From: Spirogloea muscicola | Taxonomy: Eukaryota | Direction: 5' to 3' | Length of the DNA: 34,392 bases | Assembly: GCA_009602725.1 (NCBI GenBank) | Contig: WELB01000018.1 | Coordinates: 516,768-551,159, forward strand | Shown: piece by piece, positions 1-9,987 of the stretch | Numbering within the stretch: the first letter of the stretch is position 1 | Layout of the letters: every line of letters starts with the position of its first letter | Notes under the pieces: generated by a model | Databases searched by the model: none | What the model was told of the DNA's origin: nothing | What the model saw: only the letters and a program-made list of their open reading frames with translations | Position numbers and translations under genes: made by a program

Positions 1-59
1 AGTCGACATGGCCCCCGTCAGCACGGCTCCCCCCGCTCTGTGGCACCTCCGGCCCTCCT

Positions 60-3000
60 AGTATAGGGCGTCTTTTCATGTAGCCACATTCTTTGCGCTG
101 CATTCTTTGCACTTTCTGCATTTTCTGCCTGAACAATGTAATGGCTTGAATTGGCCTCGCTTTAATTTCATGCGCACCGCGCGCCTTCTCCCTTCAGCGG
201 TCCATGGCCCACGCTCTGCATCTGCGTGCTGGCCGTGCTCTCCTGTCGATGGCCCGTGCGTTGCACCTTCGTGCCGGCCGGGCTCTTGCTGCTGCCTCTG
301 GCTCTGGCCAGGGGACCCACTTTCAGGACCTTAGCCTCTCTGATTTGCGGCTGCTTAGCAGGGGTTACTGAGTGATTTGCAGCTGCTTTCTTTCTTCGTG
401 TGCTTTGTTTTCTTAGCGCTTCCTCTGGCCCCCCTTCTCGTACTTTGTTCATTCTCTTTTGGGCTGGCTTTTCCAGCCCCTATCCTCAATGGGCGAGCCC
501 TTCTATCTCGCTGCGGCCTCCGGCTTTCGTCGGGGGGATAGCTTTCCGGCAGCTAGTCTGTCGGATCTGCGGCTCCTCACTCGTAAGTACTGAGTGATCC
601 ACCCTCCCCCTGATCTGACATAGCATCTTCCGACCCCTTTGTAGCTGCTACACGCTTGTAGGCCCCTCCGAACCTTTGTCAATTCTTTTGGGCTGGCTTT
701 TCGCAGCCCTTGCCCCCATTGGGAGTGCCACTTCTTCTTTGGGAAGCCACTTCTCTCTTTGGGCTGGCCTCTCTTGGGCTGCTTCTCTATGGGCGAGCAA
801 TTTCCCATAGCCATTGCCTTACATTGGAAGTATCGTTTTTGTTCGGACCGTGCCCAATTCCCTTGAGGCTGGGTTTTCACAGCCCTCGCCCCCTTCAATG
901 GAGCTATTGCTTTCTCCTAAGGTCGACAGACTCTTCCAGCAGAGGGCGATGGCTGTGGCTGGCCAGCCCAGGAAAAGAATTTAACACATTCCGAAGTGGC
1001 CAGAAAAGCGCTAAGAAACAGCTCTTTCAATTTACGGCAATGGCTGTGAATAGAAGAAGAAGCGGCTCTCCAAATGGGGGCAAGGGCTGTGAAATGCCAG
1101 CCCGAAAAGAATTGACAAAGGTTCGAAAGGGCCAAATGATGGAGGCCTAGAAACGCTATGTCAGGAAGGGTGTAGGATGGACCACTCAGTAGCTACGGGT
1201 GAGGAGCTTCAAATCCGACAAACCAGCTGCCGGAAAAGTATCCCCCTGAGGAAAGCCAGAGGCTGCAGCGAGAGCACGGCCAGCACGCAGATGCAAGGCG
1301 TGGGCCATGGACCGCTGGAGGGAGATTGACAGACGCATGCGGCAGACCTGGGCCCACGAGCCAGCGGCGTTGAAGTCAGCTGGCTCACCTTGCCTGCAGG
1401 ACACAGCGCGCCGCGCAAGCCTGGCTAGCAGGTCGAGCCACTAAGACCCAAGAGCCCCGTGCAGACAAGTTCTTCCCGTTGGCCATAGACACCCATGGGG
1501 CGCTGGGCGCTCGGTGGCTCGAGCTGCTCACCCAGCTCGCCCGCCACACCATCGCCCGTCGCTTCCATGGGGAGCCTATAGACTTCCCTGCAGCAGGGTC
1601 GCTGGCGCAATTGTATCGCATGCGCCTGGCCGTCTCGCTGCAGCGGTCGATGGCCCGTGCGCTGCACCTTCGTGCCGGCCGGGCTCTTGCTGCTGCCTCT
1701 GGCTCTGGCCAGGGGACCCACTTTCAGGACCCTAGCCTCTCTGATTTGCGGCTGCTTAGCAGGGGTTACTGAGTGATTTGCAGCTGCTTTCTTTCTTTGT
1801 GTGCTTTGTTTTCGTAGCACTTACCATGCCCGATGAGGTCTTCCGGACGGCGGTGCAGCGGCTCTTGGGACTCCTCCCTCCCTGCCTCGTGGGTGTCACA
1901 CAGTGCGAGTGCGGCGCCCGGCACGCCGGCCCTGCGGAGCTGGCTGCGCACATGCTCCGTTGCGCACACGGGGGCGAGCGGACCGCTTCCCATGATCTTC
2001 TGCGCGATGGTATGCAGGGGGTGTTCATCGAGGCGGGCTTCAAGGTGGCGGTGGAAAACTTCTCAGTAATGCCAATCCAGCGGGGCGCGGACGGCCTGCC
2101 CCACACCCGACGCGCCGACCTGGTCGCTATCCCGCCCGGCGACGGCTCCCGCATCATCGCCGACGTCGTGACAACAGACTGCTTCGACTCCGGCAACCCC
2201 ACCAGGTCGGCGTCGCTTGCAGGGCATGCGGTAGGCCTGGCGGCCCGGGGAAAAGAGCGCAAACACGCTGACCACCCGGTTGGCGACGAGTTCGCGGCCT
2301 TGGCGATCGACGTCCACGGGGCGTTCGGCAGCCGCTGGCCGGATCTCCTCCAGCGGCTTGCCCGTCAGGCTATTGACCGGAGGTCGGGTCTGCCCGGGGC
2401 GCTGCCCGCTTCAACGCCGCCGGATCGCCCTCCCAAGTCTTTCGGATGCGCCTGGCAGTATCGTTCCAACGTTCCCTTGCCCTCGCAGTCCACACGCGCG
2501 CAGGGCGCGCTCTGGCTCTTTGGACATTGTCCATTCTTTTTGGGCTGGCTTTGCCAGCCCCTCGTTCTCTATGGGCGAGCCTTCTTCTGGCCGCCGCCTC
2601 CGGGTCTCGGGTCTTGTGCTTGTTTTTCTTAGCCTTCCCCTGGCTCCCTTCTCGTACTTTGTCCATTCTTTTTTGGGCTGGCTGTTCCAGCCCCTATCCT
2701 CAATGGGCGAGCTCTTTCTTCTTTGGCATCTCTTCCTTTGGCTTTGGACATTGTCCATTCCTTTTGGGCTGGCTTTGCCAGCCCCTCTTCTCTATGGGCG
2801 AGCCCTTCCTCTGGCCCCCCTTCTCGTACTTTGTTCATTCTTTTTTTGGGCTGGCTTTTCCAGCCCCTATCCTCAATGGGCGAGCCCTTCTCCTTCTCCC
2901 GTGCACATCTACGGCCAGGGGTACGAACTCGTCTCCAGCCGGGTGGTCTGCATACTTCAGCTGTCAATGGTTAGGTACACGGCGACTCAAGTGGCCGTTG

Positions 3001-3180
3001 GTGCTCAATATCTCCTGTCGAGCCCGAAAAGAAATGACGGGATCCGGGCTGCTTTTCCTTGAGAAAGTGGCTCTCCCAAAGAAGGCTAGGGCTGTGAACA
3101 GCCAGCCCGAAAAGAATTGGAAAACCAGGGTCCGAAGAAGCCGAAATGCGCTGATAGGCCAGCATCTAAGCAAGGACCAT
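60..3180. mobile_element. Nested cluster of 5'-truncated CRE-clade-like non-LTR retrotransposon fragments (both strands)
   Basis: Repeated C-terminal peptide RMRL(A/S)(V/I)SLQRS.A.A(L/V)H.RAGRALAAASG...SLSDL.LL(S/T)RGY* at 193-595, 245-370, 1186-1460 (-), 1470-1772 and 2446-2605. Most copies are followed by a 3' UTR ending in GGGCTGGC...CAGCCC...GAGC(C) plus a TC-rich tail. Bare 3' ends are stacked in tandem at 2612-2897. Confidence 0.85.
1826..2605 (+). pseudogene. C-terminal part of a CRE-like retrotransposon ORF: zinc knuckle plus restriction-like (PD-D/ExK) endonuclease, frameshifted and interrupted
   Basis: Motifs in order: CECG..AHMLRC (CCHC), RTASHDLLRD, RRADL, IIADV, ARGKERKH, FAALAIDVHGAFG, then RMRLAVSFQRS after a frameshift near 2400. 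This is the order seen in RLE-type non-LTR elements, and the RL.VS.QR end is CRE-like. No RT domain is present in the window. Confidence 0.8.
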
Positions 3181-3565
3181 GTAGGATAATGACATGGTAA
3201 CCTCAGCCTCAACCTTAATCCTCGAGCTTGCAACCGGGGGTGAGTGCCAACCTCGTCGTCGGCCCCTGGGTCCGCGGGACCGCAGGAGCGGCGCTCAGCA
3301 GGCTATCGGGACCCGGGCTGGCCAGTCCGGGCCAGGGCCTCCCGGCCCCGCCGCCACCTGGCTGCGGCGCGGATGCGATTTTTGCCGTCGGATGCGCACG
3401 GCGGGACGGCTGTGGGCGGCCCCTGCAGAACCACGTGGCGACCCCTGGCCTGCTTGCGCGCACAAGAGGCCGCAAGCGGCCAGCTCTCTGTGGTAGCCAG
3501 GTGCTTGGGGGGAACCCCGTGGTGTATAGGTAGCCGCGGCTGTGGTGGGGGCGGCGGCGGCGACC

Positions 3566-3921
3566 GAGGGAGAGAGAGAGAGAGAGAGAGGGAGTGGGAG
3601 AGGGAGAGAGAGAGAGATGGCGGGGCCGGGGAGGGGGGTTGAGAACGAGGAGGATAGCGAGAGAGAGAGAGAGAGAGAGATAGAGGTAGGGAGGTAGAGA
3701 GAGAGGGAGACTCATAGAGAGAGGGGCTGGGGGAAGAAGAGAAGAAGAGAAGGGGAGGGAAACAGCTCTGCCCGATGTAAGGCAGTGGCTGTGATAGGGG
3801 GAGAGAGAGGGGGGGGGGGAGGGGAGGGGAGGAAGGAAGTGGGGAGGAGGGGTGGGCAAGGACGGAGGGCGAGTGTGAAGAGGGGACATTTGAGGAGGGG
3901 AATCGAGGAGAAGGGGGAGAG
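3566..3921. repeat. (GA)n microsatellite / polypurine tract with embedded retroelement 3' stubs
   Basis: Runs of gagagaga at 3570-3722 and a G run near 3809-3820. Minus-strand stubs at about 3712-3732 and 3759-3797; the latter matches 10972-11008. Confidence 0.9.
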
Positions 3922-4358
3922 GGGTTTGTTTGGGTACCTTCCTGTGGGACCAGATCGAGCAGGAAGGCTGCAGGAGGTGCAACGCAGGTGTCCGGCCGGT
4001 GAAGGCCAGGCACCGGAATAGGCCTGGCTCGTGCTCGTCACGCTGCCAGTACTGCTGCCGCAACGGCGCTGGAGGCCGTGTGCCGCTTTTGGGTGGGAGT
4101 TGACGACGGCGCTCTCGGACTACGCCGCTTGAGGCCTTCGCGTGCAGCCGTGATGGGTGAGCGGGGCGGCAGAGCAGGTGGTGTGAGGAATGGCGGCAGC
4201 AGTGCTCGGACGCCCCCCTGAGAGCCTCAGCCTTGGAAGCCCGAGCTTGTGGCCTTTGCGGATCCGCCATGGCCGACTCTGGGCGCCCAGGCTGGGAGCC
4301 GAGGCCCGATCTCAGATAGCAGCAGCAGGCCACATGCTCTGACGGGCGCGGACCAGCC

Positions 4359-7300
4359 ATGGAGATTGGCAACGAGGCCAGAAAGGGGCCCGACGGTGTC
4401 GATGGCGGGCCGAACGTGGATGCAGAGGTGCTGTCGTCCCGGCGGAGCTGCTGGGCGCGCCAGGGCTGGGTGTTGGACGACTCCCCGTGGGCTGCGCCAA
4501 GCTGGGTGCGCTTTGGCGGCCTCAACGTGGCGCTCGCCATCGTCATTGTGCTTACTGGTAAGTCCTTTCGACCAGTCAGAAGCCCGCCGCTCCTGCCAGC
4601 GAGCGCATTGGCCCCTGCCTAACCAAGTCTGCACCTTCGAGTCCGACGGCAGTGCCACAGCATAAGTACTGCCATGCTGTTGGTGCTGACTCTGCGGCAG
4701 ATTTCCCGAGCTCAGTCCCTACACCTATTGCTATCCCCAAGTGCAGGCCGCCTTGCGTTCCTGGCGCAGCGCGGGGACCAGCCGGTGACGCTGTGGGCGC
4801 CCTCCGGCTTTACCCTGGCCGCCTTCATGCTCCTTGGTATGTGCCTGGCCCAGCACTTCCTCCTATTGCCGCCATTGCCAATGTGCTCCAGAAGTGTTGA
4901 TGAGACGGAGAAGTAATAGACAGGTGTGAAGAGCCGGCTGATCAGAGTGCGCTGCGTGCACCAAGAGCAGGCTATGGGCTGCTACCTGGTGTCGTGGTGG
5001 GCATTATGACAATCACCATTTGGTGGACGCACACCCCTCCACGGCACTCAGCGCTGGGCGGCACCATCGCCAGCTGCCTGGCGGTCACCCTGGGCAGCGC
5101 AATCGAGGTCAATTGCTGCGCTGAACGAGCTTGTTAGAGACTCTCACTCTGACAATGTCGTACTCAGAGCACGCAGGTGTCGTCGCTGACTAATCACTCT
5201 GATGTGGACATCGCAACTACTTCGTCATCATTGCAGGCCACTTTGGCACTGGCACTCCTGCGGCGCTGGAACAAGGGGCCACCTTTTCGCAGGTATTGCT
5301 ACAATGTGTTGCTGCCTCTGGTGTGGGCCCATGCCTCTTCTCTGCGGATTGCAAGGGATGCTGAGCCATCAAGCATATCTCTCTTTCATGATTGCCAGCG
5401 TCACGTGGGCGTTCCGATTCTTCGTAATATCTGCCATCGCAACCGTTGTCGGGGCTGCGATTTCTGTTACAGTCGTGGAGGCAGTATTGACGCCCATCAC
5501 TGTGCACACTTGGCTCGAGGTGACGACTTTCAATGCCGCAACCTTGGCTCTCACTCAGGCATTCACAAATAAATCCAATCTTACCAGCGTTGTTAGCCCT
5601 GTTCTGGTTATTCATTCTTTTGGTGTAGTCAGTGAAGGCGAGTGAAGATCTCAGCCTTAGGGTGTGTGGCATGACTGCCGACCTTTTGACGAGGGCGTGC
5701 ATATCGACATCCTTCTGGAAGCTCAGGACGCCAAGAGAATTCTCAAAGGGATTTCTTGTACATTGTAGTAGACAGTTAGGTAATACATGCATGTACACAT
5801 TTGTGTTTCTCAGTTCCTGCTGGCATGGTGGTGGAGCGAGCTGGCTGGCATCTTCGTACTCACGCCCTGCATCCTATTTTGGTGCATCTCACCTTACTCC
5901 AAGGACTGGAGGCCCTGCCCAGGTGCCATGCTGAGAAGGCCCCACATGCCCTCTATCGCCAGTGTTTGAGTATCAAGTCACTGCAATCTAGGTGCTATTG
6001 CTGTTGCAGCATAGATAGGACCAGAAGCAAACTCAGGTGGGATCTACATTCTGACCAGCTCCGGCTCCTACATGACGCAGGGTGGTGGTGGAAGGCCCTG
6101 GAGGCAGCTGCAGTGCTTGCGCTCCTTTTCATCCTCACCTTCTTCGTGTTTGGCGGCCTTGTCGGCGGGGCAGTCCCAGCTGCGGAGCGCCGGCCATACC
6201 TCATCCTCCCTGTCCTCATCTGGATCTCGTTCCGCTTCGACCAGCGAATCTCCACGTCCGCCAGCGTGCTCATGAGCGTCATCGCTGTCTTTGGCTCCGT
6301 CAAACTGCCCAATGGGACCTTCGCGTACATGAGCATCTTTGAGCGGGGTCTGCAAGTACAGGTCCGTAGGCATTCGGCCAACTGATTGCTCTGCTGCAAG
6401 CTGTTGCGCCATCTATCCTGACATTTCCACTTACATGAAGGTTTGATGTGGTTCTGCAGCTATTCTGCTTAATTATCAGCGGCATGGTAATTCTAATCAG
6501 TGGTGCCATTCGGGAAAAGGACGCGCTGACAGAGGAGCTGTGGAAGGCCACACTGCATTTGCAGCACAGCAAGAAGGAAGCTGAGGCCGCCAACAAGGCC
6601 AAGTCCGAGTTCCTTGCAAACATGAGCCACGAAATCAGGTCCAGAGATTCCCATTGGCTGCCTGGGTCGTGTGTTCATCTCCTGTGACTCGATAGTTGTG
6701 AATTATCACACTTCGCATGTCCATGCATCATCATGGACCAATATGCAGCAGCATTACTGGCTTAGATGATATTGACTGGCAGGAGGTGCTGGCATGCAGG
6801 ACGCCCATACATGGCATCCTGGGCTCGGCAGCACTGGCGCTGGACACAGTGCTGAGCAAGGAGCAGCGGGAGTATCTGGAAACAGTTCGCCACTCAGCTA
6901 CATGCCTCTGCAGCATTGTGGATGACATCCTGGACGTGAGCAAGATTGAGGCTGGGAAGCTACAATTCGAGTGCGTCCCATTCAGGTGAGTCATTGGAAT
7001 GCTTCCCCCAGTCTGCAGATGCGATGGAGCTCGAGCCTCTCCGGGTCCTTCTGTCGCTGAGCCCATGTTTGCTGGTCATTGAATGTGATTTGACGGTCCT
7101 TGTATGCACCTTGATCGGCAGCCTCACGGAGATGCTGGGCACGACAACCAAAGCGCTGCAGGCGCGGGCGGCGCAGAAGGGTTTGGCAATCAAGTGGTCA
7201 CTGAGCACCAGCCTGATTGCAGCCAGCGGCAGTAGTGATGGCCCGACCCTCATAGGCGATCCCAACCGCCTGCGCCAGTGCCTGCTCAACCTCATTAGCA

Positions 7301-9745
7301 ATGCCATCAAGTTCACAGCCAAGGGCGAGATCACGCTATCTGTCGAGCTGGGGGACGAGGCCGGCGTGACTGAAGGCGGCAATGCAAGTCATGGCTTGGT
7401 GCAACGGCAACGCCACGGTGGCAGGCACCGCCGCAGCTCGTCGCGGAGCAGTGCCGACTTTCTGGTGAGCTCATGGCCTACGTGGTAGTCAGACTAACAA
7501 ACAGGATACAGCAGACAACGCTTCAGCAGAGTCCCCATCCAATGCGCTCAGCAGTATTTCGGATGCTATGACAGGTGCTCCTCAACACTTGCCGAAAGGG
7601 CTTTCCTGTGGACGCCAAGTCTGCCAGGGCGCGAGCGATGCAGATTGACAGTAACAGCGGTGAGCACAGCGGCGGTGAGGAGTCGCCGTCAATGGAGGCC
7701 ATGAGCTTCTGGCGTGGTGCGCTGAGGCCGTCGCTGGACCTGCCCGGCTGGCTGTGTGCCAACTCGGTGGCGGCATCCACAGAGAGGGGCCGACGCGCGA
7801 GGCGGATGTCGGAGTCAGCAGTCATGGGTACGAGGCAAACTGAGAGCTCTGCCAGCAGCGGCAGGCCCATGGCCCGTGCAGCCAACAGGCTACAGCCCAA
7901 TGTTCATCCTGTACCGCCCGCCACGCCGCGCGACATCTTCGGCCAGCCCGCCAGCCTGAGCAAGAAGCTGCCGGCATCACCAGGGCACGTGGCTATTGAT
8001 GTGGTCGGCAGCGGCGAAGGCTGCGAGGAGGCTGACGGCACGGCTAGCGCTGCCATCGATGTCGGGCAGGATGATGGCCAGGAGATGCATATCAGGTTCT
8101 CTGTGGCAGACACTGGCATCGGCATCCCGCAGGAGCAGATGGAGCGCATCTTCACAGCGTTCACACAGGCGGACTCATCTACTTCGCGGCTCTATGGCGG
8201 CACCGGCCTCGGCCTCACCATCACCTCCAGGTATGCAGCAGATCTTACCAGCTACATTCCGGGAGGCTGCCACATCTGTCTGGCAATTGGTCCAAGCGCA
8301 GACAGCTGATCGGCCCAGCACGCTGTCGTGCCTCTTGGGCAGCCTTCCTGCTATGAGCAAGCTATTAGTAAGGGTCGTTCATGGTGTTACATTCGTGTTC
8401 GTGATATGGTGGTGGTCGTGGTCGTGGCTCCTGACAATGCAGGCTGGTGAGCATGATGGGCGGCCACATTTGGGTGCACAGCGAGGTTGGCAAGGGCAGC
8501 ACTTTCTACTTCACAGCACGCCTCCGACGCGCGTCAGCTGACGAGAATGCGAAGCGACAGCCCCTCTCCATGTCAATTCCGCTGGATGTGTCCTTCTTAT
8601 CGCCGCTGATGCGCACCGCGTCCAACACCTCGACTTCGTCTACACCACGCTCCAAGGACTGCAGCACTGGCTGCGCTGGTGGCGGCCGACCATCAGTGGG
8701 TTGCTGCCAGGACGCCGAGGCCGGCCATGGCTCCCGAGATCAAAGCCTGGGCGCAGCCTGCTCTGCATGCCAAGGCGTGAGCCCCAGCGCGTCGCGGCCG
8801 CCCACCGGCGCTGATGCTGCCGTCTCCTGTCAACCGAAGCCGCCGGGCCTCTCCTTGCACGGGACCAGTGGCACACCGAATGTGCCGCTGGCCATTGCCA
8901 GCAACACCAAAGAGCTGCCGCCGACAGCATCAGGCAGGAGGCTGTCCATCCTGGTCGCCGATGACAACGTCGTGAACCAGCGGGTGGCCTGCAGGTGCGT
9001 GCTGTCTTCACGCGGCGCTGGCTGGCTGTCATAACTTGCCGCCGGACCTCGTCGGCTGCCACTGACAGTGCTGCTCGGGGTGCGGCGCACGCTTACATCG
9101 CCAGGCAGCTGCAGAAATGCGGGCACCAGGTGGCGGTTGTGGGCGACGGGCAGCAGGTGCTGGACGTGCTGCGCGGGGGCCGCGAGCGGCACCAGCAATT
9201 CGACGTCATCCTCATGGACATACAGGTGGGACGGCATGGACAGCTTCGAGACCAGCGTCTAGGCTTCCATCGACCATGGCGGCGTCGACGTCTCCAGGAC
9301 TAACGCCCCTTTTGCTTCTGGCAATGGCGGCGATTATGCAGATGCCAGTGCTGGACGGCCTGCAGGCGACGGCGCGCATCCGGGAGCGCGAGGCGGTGCA
9401 GCCGGCGGGAGGCCGGCGCGTGTGCATCATCGGCCTCACCGCGCACGCCATGCAGGCCTACCACGACAAGTGCCTCGAGGTGAAGGGCGTCTGACCAGCG
9501 GCAGCGCCAGTGGCGACGGCCGTCGGGGGCTGATCCTCGCCGCTGATCAGGCTCTGCATGGAGACTGTGGCGCTCAACGCATGGCTGGCTCTGGCGTGCA
9601 GGCGGGCATGGACGGGTACGCCAGCAAGCCGTTCCAGATCGAGGCGCTGCTGGCGACGATCGAGAACACGCTGGCGCGCCTGGCGTCGAGCGACGCCGTC
9701 GCCAAGGGCAAGGAGCCGCCCGCCGCGACGGCCGCACCGTCATGA
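4359..9745 (+). CDS. Membrane-bound hybrid histidine kinase (MASE1 sensor, HisKA, HATPase_c, receiver), about 1103 aa, 15 exons
   Basis: Exons 4359-4557, 4747-4836, 4971-5107, 5237-5292, 5399-5519, 5814-5922, 6081-6361, 6460-6638, 6800-6985, 7122-7464, 7575-8230, 8443-8994, 9105-9225, 9342-9479, 9602-9745; all introns GT-AG and phase-consistent. MASE1-like motifs: [41 protein letters not shown] box [16 protein letters not shown] box [11 protein letters not shown]1 DTGIGI, G2 GGTGLGL. Receiver: ILVADDN, LMDIQMP, LTAHA, SKP. Confidence 0.92.
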
Positions 9746-9918
9746 CCGCCTCGGCGGCGGCGGCGGCTGCGGCGGCGGCGCTGCCGGCTTCGCTGCCGTC
9801 GCCGGGAGGCCGTCCCCGGCGGCTCCCGAGCGGCGTCGCCGGCTTCTCGTGGCGGCGGCAGCTCCTCCGCGAGCACGGCGCGTTCTGCGCCGCGAGTCCC
9901 GCCGCAAGTCCCCGACGG

Positions 9919-9970
9919 CCTAAACCCTGAACCCCCATATACCCTAAACCTAAAACCCTAATCCCTAAAC
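9919..9970 (+). repeat. Degenerate interstitial plant-type telomere repeat (CCCTAAA)n
   Basis: cctaaaccctgaacccccatataccctaaacctaaaaccctaatccctaaac. Confidence 0.75.
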
Positions 9971-9987
9971 TTGGCAGCGGATTCCCT

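Noticed and set aside
461..504. Rho-independent terminator or self-cleaving ribozyme
   Set aside because: Eukaryotic DNA. I found no hammerhead core (CUGANGA/GAAA) or recognisable HDV fold, and the motif sits at the 3' rather than the 5' end of the elements.
2520..2897. CRISPR-like array of palindromic repeats
   Set aside because: The units are retroelement 3' UTR pieces of uneven length, the intervening sequences are themselves repeats, and there are no cas genes in this eukaryotic context.
2280..3189. Long ORFs across the stub stack (260 and 247 aa)
   Set aside because: Read-through of tandem pyrimidine-rich 3' UTR copies, not a gene.
4190..4342. uORFs or stop read-through extension of the histidine kinase (ATG 4269 in frame, TAG 4317)
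   Set aside because: TAGCAGCAGCAG at 4317-4328 looks like a splice acceptor and a GTGAGC donor lies at 4157, so these ATGs may be in a 5' UTR intron. This cannot be resolved without transcripts.
3215..4546. 443-aa minus-strand ORF
   Set aside because: Open only because of the GC-rich and (CT)n composition; low-complexity product with no domain.
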